DNA of 64,000 nucleotides, from the IMG/VR virus record IMGVR_UViG_3300013006_000027, positions 1-64,000 of that record. One strand, given 5' to 3'. Origin of the DNA: a virus. The position numbers and the translations under genes were made by a program. How positions within the stretch are numbered: the stretch's first letter is position 1; each line of letters starts with the position of its first letter. The notes beneath the pieces are model-generated. The model had not been told where the DNA came from. It searched no databases and saw only the letters and a program-made list of their open reading frames with translations. Shown here piece by piece: positions 17,346 through 25,474 of this stretch.

Positions 17346-18026
17346 ATGAGTTTTTTAAGACATGTTGGTAAACACGGTGATCGCAAAGTTGCAGTAATCT
17401 TCCGTGAAGTGCCCGGTGAATCACATATGTGCCTAGTCACATATACAGAAACGTTGAATATGCATATTCATGATCCAATTATTAAATGTATTGAAAGTGA
17501 CATTGGTCAGAACAGTCAAAATCTAGCTGATGCATTACATCGTAGCTATACCAAAGACGGTAAACCAATTTTACAAACACTACACCTTGAAGGACAGTTG
17601 AAAAAAGTTCAAACTGCTCAAATTATAATGACTCCTCAACCTAATACTCAAATTAGATTGGATGAACTGAATAAGATTTTAGATGAGATGCAACAAGGTG
17701 AAGAAGCCGTTAAGCGATTAGCTGAAATGGATAAGAGCATGGGAATGCAAACCAAGTCTGAAGTTATTAGAAAGATGCGTGGTCCACAAACACAACCTGC
17801 ATATCCAACTGGTGATGTAATGGGCGATCAGCAATTGGCTAAACAGCGGTTAGATCAAGCAATTAAGATGGAAAGTGAAGCACAAGGTCTTATGTCTGAA
17901 GCAAAACGGTTAAAGGCAGAGGCAAGGTCACTTGATCCTAATGTAGCACCTACTGGGGAAGCATCAGTTGTTGTGGAGGTCCCATCACCAAAAGCAAAAA
18001 AATCAAGAGCTAAAGCGGTTGCATAA
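17346..18026 (+). CDS. hypothetical protein with coiled-coil C-terminus
   Basis: 226 aa, AGGAG RBS. Confidence 0.8.
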   Translation: MSFLRHVGKHGDRKVAVIFREVPGESHMCLVTYTETLNMHIHDPIIKCIESDIGQNSQNLADALHRSYTKDGKPILQTLHLEGQLKKVQTAQIIMTPQPNTQIRLDELNKILDEMQQGEEAVKRLAEMDKSMGMQTKSEVIRKMRGPQTQPAYPTGDVMGDQQLAKQRLDQAIKMESEAQGLMSEAKRLKAEARSLDPNVAPTGEASVVVEVPSPKAKKSRAKAVA

Positions 18027-18322
18027 TGTCACCTGAATTCATTGAAAAATGGGAACACATCCTCGAGGATGTTGAAAAACAAAAAATTCCTATTGGCTTT
18101 ATTAAAAAAGTAGTTATCAAACTAATAGGAAAGAAACAGCAAACTCTGAATATTGAGAAATTTTTAAATCAAGGTTTAGAACCAGAGCAAGTAGAAGATT
18201 TAGTTAATAAAAGATTAACTGAATTGGATGATTTAGTTACTAGCGTAGAATTTATTCTTAATGTACAGAGTATTGCGGACACTGTCCAACCTGAAACGGA
18301 CAGATTATTAGGTAATTTATGA
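18026..18322 (+). CDS. hypothetical protein
   Basis: 98 aa, TAATG coupling. Confidence 0.75.
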   Translation: MSPEFIEKWEHILEDVEKQKIPIGFIKKVVIKLIGKKQQTLNIEKFLNQGLEPEQVEDLVNKRLTELDDLVTSVEFILNVQSIADTVQPETDRLLGNL

Positions 18323-18792
18323 GACTCATTGTTGCCTGTGATCCTAAAGGTGGAATAGGCTATAAGAACAAATTGCCCTGGAGTAAAATCGAGGGCGATT
18401 TGCCAAGATTCAAAAGATTAACTCAGGATAAAACTGTAGTTATGGGTCGCAATACTTGGGATAGTCTTCCAGTAAAACCTTTACCTAACAGATACAATGT
18501 TGTAGTAACTACAAAACCAATTATACTACCTAACAATGTTAAAACAATTGCTCATTTAGATGACTTGAAATATTTTTATGAGCCATGGATAATGGGAGGA
18601 GCAAAGTTAATACAAACATGTTGGGAAAGAATTACTAAAATTCACTTGACCACTACCTTTGCCGAATATGCTTGTGATACTTTTATAGACTTGAAAAAAT
18701 TACGGGGGGAGTTTAGAATTTCACATGAAGAGGTTCGTAGTGACCATACATATGAAATTTGGGACAGAGATCATCCTGATTATTGGAAATAA
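18319..18792 (+). CDS. folA: dihydrofolate reductase
   Basis: IGYKNKLPW, DL.RFK, VVMGRNTWDSL, PLPNR.N.V, IMGGA, CDTF. Confidence 0.95.
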   Translation: MRLIVACDPKGGIGYKNKLPWSKIEGDLPRFKRLTQDKTVVMGRNTWDSLPVKPLPNRYNVVVTTKPIILPNNVKTIAHLDDLKYFYEPWIMGGAKLIQTCWERITKIHLTTTFAEYACDTFIDLKKLRGEFRISHEEVRSDHTYEIWDRDHPDYWK

Positions 18793-18794
18793 AA

Positions 18795-19709
18795 ATGCAA
18801 AATTATCATGATTTGCTTAAAGATATACTAGAGAACGGCGAAACAAAAGACGATAGAACAGGTGTAGGTACAGTATCTGTCTTTGGTAGACAATTAAGAT
18901 TTGATTTACGCAAGGGTTTTCCTGCTGTTACTACTAAAAAGTTAGCATGGAAAGCCTGTGTAGGTGAGTTGTTATGGTTTATTGAAGGTAGTGGTGATGA
19001 ACGTAGATTAGCTGAAATTACACATGGTAGTAAAGATGGTACAGTTACCATATGGACTCCAAATGCATTATCAAGTTATTGGAAACCTAAAGCTAAGTTT
19101 GAAGGTGATTTAGGCAGGGTATATGGTGTACAATGGCGAGATTGGAAACATAATACTCTTAAATCTTCCAAACATTATGTTCAACATAGTAAATCTGATA
19201 AAACTCATTATGATTCAACAGTAATGGAAAGGTCAGTTGACCAATTAGCAAACTTATTAGAAGGATTAAAGACAGACCCTAATGGTCGTAGACATATTCT
19301 TAGTGCATTGAATGTCGGTGAATTAGATCAAATGGCATTGCCACCTTGTCATGTTATGAGCCAATACTATGTGAACAAGAACCGTGAATTAAGTTGTCAT
19401 ATGTACCAAAGATCAGTGGATGTTTTCCTAGGATTGCCCTTTAATATCGCTAGTTATGCTCTACTAACTCATTTGATTGCTCATCATTGTGGTTACAAAG
19501 TTGGGGAATTAATTATCAGTACTGGTGATACACATATCTATACCAATCACATTGATCAAGTTAAGGAACAATTGACCCGAGAACCATTGCCCTTACCTAC
19601 ATTGATGTTACCTGTAGAAAAGAAAGATATTTTTGAAATGACCATGAATGATATTCATTTAGAAGGGTATACCAGTCATGGCCCAATCAAAGCGGAAATG
19701 GCTGTATGA
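18795..19709 (+). CDS. thyA: thymidylate synthase (no intron)
   Basis: DRTGVGT, ELLWF, LGRVYG.QWR, MALPPCH, YQRS.D.FLGLPFNIASY, GDTHIY. Confidence 0.97.
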   Translation: MQNYHDLLKDILENGETKDDRTGVGTVSVFGRQLRFDLRKGFPAVTTKKLAWKACVGELLWFIEGSGDERRLAEITHGSKDGTVTIWTPNALSSYWKPKAKFEGDLGRVYGVQWRDWKHNTLKSSKHYVQHSKSDKTHYDSTVMERSVDQLANLLEGLKTDPNGRRHILSALNVGELDQMALPPCHVMSQYYVNKNRELSCHMYQRSVDVFLGLPFNIASYALLTHLIAHHCGYKVGELIISTGDTHIYTNHIDQVKEQLTREPLPLPTLMLPVEKKDIFEMTMNDIHLEGYTSHGPIKAEMAV

Positions 19710-19954
19710 AAGATTACATTGAAACTAAAGTACACACATTCAGTATAGGTGATGTTGATGATCCTGATATCTATGCTTCTCAGCCTCTTTGGGAATTTCA
19801 ACAGACAGAAAAGGGCAAGTGGATTATGGATAATGCTATAGAGCAACCAACTTGGCATAGGTATGTTGATCATGTACATTTTGGTCATACATATGCTATT
19901 ACAGCTAAATTGCCTAAAGAAAAATATACATTTTTCAAACTTAAGTTTGATTAA
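19706..19954 (+). CDS. small hypothetical protein
   Basis: 82 aa, ATGA overlap, ends TFFKLKFD. Confidence 0.75.
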   Translation: MKDYIETKVHTFSIGDVDDPDIYASQPLWEFQQTEKGKWIMDNAIEQPTWHRYVDHVHFGHTYAITAKLPKEKYTFFKLKFD

Positions 19955-19979
19955 TTGATTCCCGTAGATAAATACGGGT

Positions 19980-20447
19980 ATGTGGATCTTATCTGTTTTA
20001 CCTAGTTACGCTATACATGGTTTATTATCTGTTGGTATTATTGGTGTAATATTAGGCTTTGTATTAGGGTTTATTCCTTTAATCGGGAAATATAAACTTC
20101 CTATTCAAATTATAAGTATATTAGTTCTAACCCTTGCCTTATATTTAGAAGGTGGGTTAGAAAACGAACGGTTATGGCAATTAAAAGTAAAAGAAGTAGA
20201 AGCTAAAGTTGCGGTATCAGAAGTTAAGGCTGTAGAAAAAACTGTAGAAATACAAGAAAAGATTATAAACAAAACTAAAATCATTAAACAAAAGGGCGAT
20301 GATATAATAAAATATATTGATAAGGAAATCGTTAAAAAAGAAGAGATTATCAAGTACATAGAAAATTGCCCGGTGCCACAGGAAATTATTGAACAACATA
20401 ATAAGATTGTAAACTTATCTAGTCAATCCTCAGGAGAGAAGAAATGA
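19980..20447 (+). CDS. inner-membrane spanin (Rz-like)
   Basis: N-terminal TM segments, coiled coil, C-terminal Cys; directly upstream of a lipoprotein. Confidence 0.7.
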   Translation: MWILSVLPSYAIHGLLSVGIIGVILGFVLGFIPLIGKYKLPIQIISILVLTLALYLEGGLENERLWQLKVKEVEAKVAVSEVKAVEKTVEIQEKIINKTKIIKQKGDDIIKYIDKEIVKKEEIIKYIENCPVPQEIIEQHNKIVNLSSQSSGEKK

Positions 20448-20719
20448 GGACTCTTATACCAGTAATATTATTGTTATCTGCCTGTGCTACTACGCCTGTT
20501 CCAGTAGAGCGTAAATTTCCTCCATATCCTAGTGCATTATCAGAAAAATGCGAACCGTTAAAACCTATTGAGCCTGGTGATAAAGTACCTATTACAGACA
20601 TGTTAAAAGTTGTAGTAGAAAACTATGTGAGATATTATAATTGTGCTACCAAAGTTGAGAGTTGGCAAGAATGGTACACCGAACAGAAAAAAATCTTTGA
20701 AAGTGTAAATCAAAAATAA
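20444..20719 (+). CDS. outer-membrane spanin lipoprotein (Rz1-like)
   Basis: Lipobox LLSAC, Pro-rich segment, two further Cys. Confidence 0.75.
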   Translation: MRTLIPVILLLSACATTPVPVERKFPPYPSALSEKCEPLKPIEPGDKVPITDMLKVVVENYVRYYNCATKVESWQEWYTEQKKIFESVNQK

Positions 20720-20749
20720 CTCATAAATACATTATGAGGTTATGAAAAT

Positions 20750-21289
20750 ATGTCTACACAAGAAATCATTAATATAGGTACGTCACCTAATGACGGTCAG
20801 GGTGATCCATTACGCACGGCTTTTGCGAAGATAAACAATAATTTTACCAATTTATTTAATACTACGTTTAGTACCTCTACTGCGTACTCTTTAGGTAATT
20901 CTACTAACCAAGTAATATATACCGCACCTGTTGAAACTTTTACACAGGCAATGCTTCAAATTAGATCAAGCAACCCTTTAACATCGGATAGTCAAGATAT
21001 TACGCTTTCAGCACAAATTACAAATGATAATGCTAGTGTGAGGTTCACTGGATACGGTACTACAATTAATGGTAATGCTATAACTAACTATGATATGGAC
21101 GTGTTTGCCTCTAACGTTCGTGTTTTAGTTAATCCAATTGGAAATGCTACATTACTACATTTTATTTCTTCTCAAGTTACTTTTATTGGTGTCGATGTTC
21201 CTGGTCTAAACATTCAATTAGATGGTTATGTAGATGGATACGATATGTCTACAGAAAATGACTTGTTTATAACAACTGAACAAGCATGA
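20750..21289 (+). CDS. virion protein with T4 gp9/gp10-like N-terminus
   Basis: INIG..PNDG.GDPLR.AF.KIN.NF motif. Confidence 0.75.
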   Translation: MSTQEIINIGTSPNDGQGDPLRTAFAKINNNFTNLFNTTFSTSTAYSLGNSTNQVIYTAPVETFTQAMLQIRSSNPLTSDSQDITLSAQITNDNASVRFTGYGTTINGNAITNYDMDVFASNVRVLVNPIGNATLLHFISSQVTFIGVDVPGLNIQLDGYVDGYDMSTENDLFITTEQA

Positions 21290-21669
21290 GGGCCCATGAA
21301 TTTATTACTGAGAGCGTAGAAGAAAAACTAATGCCCGATCAAGCAGGGGCCCTTCCTGCTACTTATGTAATTCCTGAATTACCAAATCAAGATCCTTATT
21401 TACAATATAGATTTTCAGTAGCGATTGCAGGTGCAAAAGGAGCTGAAAAACGTAAACAAGATGGTGTTAGTAGTATGTCTAGAGAAGGACCATTTGGTGA
21501 AAGCGAGATTGTAGTATCATATGGTCATGATGTAGGTCCATATATTGATGATGCACTTAAATCTATGGGTATGAAAGGAAAGCGTAGAGTATCAACACCT
21601 AAAAGTGAAGAAACTACGGATGTTACTAAAACTAGCCCCATGAAGCCTTTTAAGGGATATAAAAGGTGA
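21286..21669 (+). CDS. putative internal head protein, paralog 1
   Basis: MRAHEFITE start; SPMKPFKGYKR end. Confidence 0.7.
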   Translation: MRAHEFITESVEEKLMPDQAGALPATYVIPELPNQDPYLQYRFSVAIAGAKGAEKRKQDGVSSMSREGPFGESEIVVSYGHDVGPYIDDALKSMGMKGKRRVSTPKSEETTDVTKTSPMKPFKGYKR

Positions 21670-22028
21670 GAGCAAGAGAGTTTATTGCCGAACGCAATTT
21701 ATTTATAATTCCTGAACTAACATCAGGTGATCCTTACCAAATCTATAGATTTGGTGTTGCTATTGCTAGAGCTAGAAGTGAATCAGGAGATTGGGATAAG
21801 GTCAGAGATAGTCAACAAAGAAATGACGGTAAGTTTTCAGGTGAAAGTCCCTTTAGTGAAAATGCTATAGTAGCACCACAATATGAAGATGGATCTATTA
21901 TAAATAAAGCATTGGGATATGAAAATATTCCTGGTGGAAAGAAAGCAATACCAATGTCATCTGGATATGAATTGCCCACTGATAATAAACCTAGTCCATT
22001 GAAACCGTTTAAGGGATATGCAAGATGA
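21666..22028 (+). CDS. putative internal head protein, paralog 2
   Basis: MRAREFIAE start; SPLKPFKGYAR end. Confidence 0.7.
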   Translation: MRAREFIAERNLFIIPELTSGDPYQIYRFGVAIARARSESGDWDKVRDSQQRNDGKFSGESPFSENAIVAPQYEDGSIINKALGYENIPGGKKAIPMSSGYELPTDNKPSPLKPFKGYAR

Positions 22029-22417
22029 GAGCAACAGAATTTATAATTGAAGCAACAGCAGATGATGGATCTCATGGTAAAAGAAAAGGTAAATTGCATC
22101 CGGATGTAAAATCCGCACTTGGTATGATTCATAGAGTAGCCGGTACTGCTGACAGAACATATGATTTAAATCGTGCTATGATGGCAGTTGCTAGTTCAAA
22201 TGGAAAAGAATTTAGTCACCAGCCAGATGGAGAAAGTTGGATTGGCAGAAGTAATATGGCTGCTCCTTATACTAAAGAAGAACATGATATGTTACATCAT
22301 GCTTATAAATCAATTGGTACTCCGGTTCAATCGGCAACAGATGATTTCAGAAGAGAGCCTGACGATACACACAAAGTTAGTCCTCATAAGCCATTCAAGG
22401 GTTATAAAAGAAAATAA
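22025..22417 (+). CDS. putative internal head protein, paralog 3
   Basis: MRATEFIIE start; SPHKPFKGYKRK end. Confidence 0.7.
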   Translation: MRATEFIIEATADDGSHGKRKGKLHPDVKSALGMIHRVAGTADRTYDLNRAMMAVASSNGKEFSHQPDGESWIGRSNMAAPYTKEEHDMLHHAYKSIGTPVQSATDDFRREPDDTHKVSPHKPFKGYKRK

Positions 22418-22469
22418 TTTCATCATCAAAGCCGAGAATAAGTAATTTGTACAAATTACAAGGTTTTCA

Positions 22470-23159
22470 ATGATTGATATTAATAATACCCTAGACCTAG
22501 TAAAACTTAAGTTTTACAACGACTACCTTTACCAATGTCACATATATGATGAAGGCGAAAGTGGATACCATAAACAACTTACTGGTGAAGTTGTAAAATC
22601 TTACGTTGACCCATTAAATTTAGCCAAAGATGCTTTAATTTTAGATTTGGGTTGTGGCCCGGGTTATTTCTTAGATGAAATGAAAGAAAGGGGCTATACC
22701 AATCTAATTGGTGTTACCCTTAGTCCCAATGACGTTAAAATGTGTGAAGATAAAGGCCATACTGTTAAAAAATATGACTTGTCATTCTTGCCACAAGAAC
22801 AAGGTTATTATGATGAAAGTGTAGACTTTATATTTCTAAGACATGCACTAGAACATAGTCCATATCCAATATTTACATTAATGGAATACAATAGGGTATT
22901 AAAACAAAATAGTAAGATTTATATTGAGGTACCTGCTCCTGATTGTGAAAGAAAGCACGAATATAACTTGAATCATTATAGCATTTTTGGTGCTGCTCAG
23001 CTATCAGCATTACTTGAGCGTACTGGATTTAATGTCAACACCTTTAATATATTAGAGTTTAATTTAGAAATACCCAATACCGACGGTGAACCTGTTCCAG
23101 TTAAAGAAAGGTTTTATTGTATAGTTGCCACTAAAGCTAGGCCGCTAGACATTAAATAA
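22470..23159 (+). CDS. class I SAM-dependent methyltransferase
   Basis: ILDLGCGPG, VDFIF.RHALEH, RVLK...IYIEVP. Confidence 0.88.
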   Translation: MIDINNTLDLVKLKFYNDYLYQCHIYDEGESGYHKQLTGEVVKSYVDPLNLAKDALILDLGCGPGYFLDEMKERGYTNLIGVTLSPNDVKMCEDKGHTVKKYDLSFLPQEQGYYDESVDFIFLRHALEHSPYPIFTLMEYNRVLKQNSKIYIEVPAPDCERKHEYNLNHYSIFGAAQLSALLERTGFNVNTFNILEFNLEIPNTDGEPVPVKERFYCIVATKARPLDIK

Positions 23160-23227
23160 AACGATAAATACTCTCTATATGAGAGTATTTTTATGGCTAG
23201 CCGTAAAATTACATAAAGGAATACAAT

Positions 23228-23610
23228 ATGAAACCTAGTGAGATATTACGTAGCTTAGCTGACATGATTGATGCAAGACAGCAAATACAATTGTAGTGCG
23301 TGATGCTAATGGTGCAATCAATGTTAACGGTTGGACAGTAGGAACACATTTAACAGCAGTGAATTACACAGCAACTAATAGTGATTATTGGATTGGCACT
23401 ACAACTAAAAATAAAACCATTACATTGCCCAACGCAGCCAATGGTGCATCTAATGGTAGACAATATCAAATCGTCGATGCAGTTCACACAGGCAACCCTG
23501 GCACTACTATTGCCGCACAAAGTCCTGCTACAGTAGTCGGTAATCAACCTAGTCAACAGGGTCAAATAATAATTGCTACTTATGTGGGTACAACTTGGTA
23601 TTTAAATTAA
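23228..23610 (+). pseudogene. out-of-frame fusion or deletion remnant: short N-terminus joined to a tail-fibre-like fragment
   Basis: Late promoter, AAGGA RBS and ATG 23228 give MKPSEILRSLADMIDARQQIQL*; a second frame open from 23272 reads TANTIVVRDANG...TITLP.A...GTTWY*. Confidence 0.5.
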
Positions 23611-23612
23611 TT

Positions 23613-23882
23613 ATGTTTGATCCTTTCCAACAAGCAAAGATACAGCGTAGCTATTCTAAACTCAGGGATACCGTCCCTGAGAAAGATATGTCATTAGACG
23701 ATTTAAAAAGATTAAGTGGTGCAGGTAAAATTACTGGTGAATCAGCAACAGTAGACCATGAATTAAATGCCAAAAAAGCACAATATATTCGTGAGAATAA
23801 TATCAAGCCAGGTGACCAAGCTTGGTTCAAAGTTATGTTTGCAAAACCACATCTTACTGGCGAAGATCCTTTTTCCAAATAG
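23613..23882 (+). CDS. hypothetical protein upstream of terminase
   Basis: MFDPFQQAK...; LKRLSG and NIKPG...WFK motifs. Confidence 0.7.
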   Translation: MFDPFQQAKIQRSYSKLRDTVPEKDMSLDDLKRLSGAGKITGESATVDHELNAKKAQYIRENNIKPGDQAWFKVMFAKPHLTGEDPFSK

Positions 23883-23903
23883 TAGCCGTTACTAAATAAT
23901 TGT

Positions 23904-25451
23904 ATGAGCGGAACTTCTACATTAGTAAAAACACCGTATGTAAAAACCAAGTTCGCAACACAAAAACAGTTAGACGATTTTATCAAGTGTTGTGATCCTA
24001 AAACAGGTTATCTGTATTTCATGGATAACTTCTTTTATATACAACACCCTACCAAGGGCAGCATGGTCTATCATCCATGGGCTTATCAAGAACGGTTAAT
24101 TCATACATATCATAACTATCGGTTTAGTATTAGCTTGATGCCTCGTCAAAGTGGTAAAAGTACCAGTGCAGCAGGATATTTACTTTGGTATGCCATGTTT
24201 AATCCTGACTCTACGATTCTTATAGCAGCACATAAGTACACTGGCGCACAAGAGATCATGCAAAGGATAAGGTACGCCTACGAAAATTGTCCTGACTATA
24301 TTAAAGCAGGTGTTACTACTTACAATAAAGGCTCACTAGACTTTGAGAATGGAAGTCGTATTGTAAGTGCAACTACTACTGAAAATACAGGTCGTGGTAT
24401 GTCTATCACATTATTGTATTTGGACGAGTTTGCATTCGTTAGACCTACTATTGCTGAACAGTTTTGGACTTCTATTACTCCTACATTATCAACTGGTGGT
24501 AAAGCAATTATCACTAGTACTCCAAACAGTGACGAAGACCAATTTGCTCTTATTTGGAAAGGTGCTAATAAAACAGAAGATTCATATGGTAATCAAACTG
24601 AATTAGGAGTCAATGGCTTTAAAGCCTATAGAGCATACTGGCACGAGCAACCAGGGCGTGATGATAAATGGGCAGAAGAGATGAAAGCCCAATTAGGAGA
24701 AGATCGCTTTAACCGAGAAATCGGTTGCGAATTTATTATCGCGGATGAAACTCTTATTAATCCAAATACACTGATTGAGTTAACTGGAATAGAACCTATA
24801 CAAAGAATGGGCCAAGTTCGTTGGTATAAAAAACCAGAGAAAGGTAACATATATGTTGTTGGTTTAGATCCTAGCTTAGGCACCGGTGGAGATCCTGCAG
24901 CAATTCAAATCTTTGAAGCAAATACTACTACACAAATTGGTGAGTGGAAACACAATAAAACTGACATTCCTAATCAAGTTAAGTTATTGGCACAGATTAA
25001 CAAATATATCATAGAATGCACTAATGAACCTAACAACCTTTATTATTCAATAGAAAATAATAGCATAGGAGAAGCGGCATTAGTATCAATCAACGAATAT
25101 GGTGAATCAAATATCAGTGGTATATTTTTAAGTGAGCCTGGTAAAAAACGTAAAGGATTTAATACTTCACATAAAGTAAAATTAGCTGCCTGTGCTAAAT
25201 TTAAAACTCTATTGGAAAGTAAAAAATTACAAATCAATAGTAGAAGTTTAGTATCAGAGTTAAAAACCTTTATAGCCAGTGGTGGTAGTTATGCGGCTAA
25301 AATAGGCGACACCGATGATTTAGTAATGAGTACACTATTAGTTGTTCGTATGTTACAGCAACTAGGTGACTATCATTATGAATTGGAATCACATATGAGA
25401 GACCATGACGAGTTTATAGCACCGCTCCCATTTTTTGCGGTATTAAATTAA
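23904..25451 (+). CDS. terL: terminase large subunit (T4 gp17-like)
   Basis: PRQSGKS Walker A, LYLDEFAF Walker B, ITSTPN, nuclease VGLDPSLG.GGD, DDLVMS. Confidence 0.95.
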   Translation: MSGTSTLVKTPYVKTKFATQKQLDDFIKCCDPKTGYLYFMDNFFYIQHPTKGSMVYHPWAYQERLIHTYHNYRFSISLMPRQSGKSTSAAGYLLWYAMFNPDSTILIAAHKYTGAQEIMQRIRYAYENCPDYIKAGVTTYNKGSLDFENGSRIVSATTTENTGRGMSITLLYLDEFAFVRPTIAEQFWTSITPTLSTGGKAIITSTPNSDEDQFALIWKGANKTEDSYGNQTELGVNGFKAYRAYWHEQPGRDDKWAEEMKAQLGEDRFNREIGCEFIIADETLINPNTLIELTGIEPIQRMGQVRWYKKPEKGNIYVVGLDPSLGTGGDPAAIQIFEANTTTQIGEWKHNKTDIPNQVKLLAQINKYIIECTNEPNNLYYSIENNSIGEAALVSINEYGESNISGIFLSEPGKKRKGFNTSHKVKLAACAKFKTLLESKKLQINSRSLVSELKTFIASGGSYAAKIGDTDDLVMSTLLVVRMLQQLGDYHYELESHMRDHDEFIAPLPFFAVLN

Positions 25452-25474
25452 TAATTCAGATAAATATTATTACT

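Noticed and set aside
23294-23296. TAG read-through or alternative genetic code
   Set aside because: The downstream coding sequence is in another frame, and all core genes are intact under the standard code.
18795-25451. Introns or inteins in thyA and terL
   Set aside because: Both are continuous and of ordinary length; thyA has only a short insertion after QWRDW and no intein motifs are visible.
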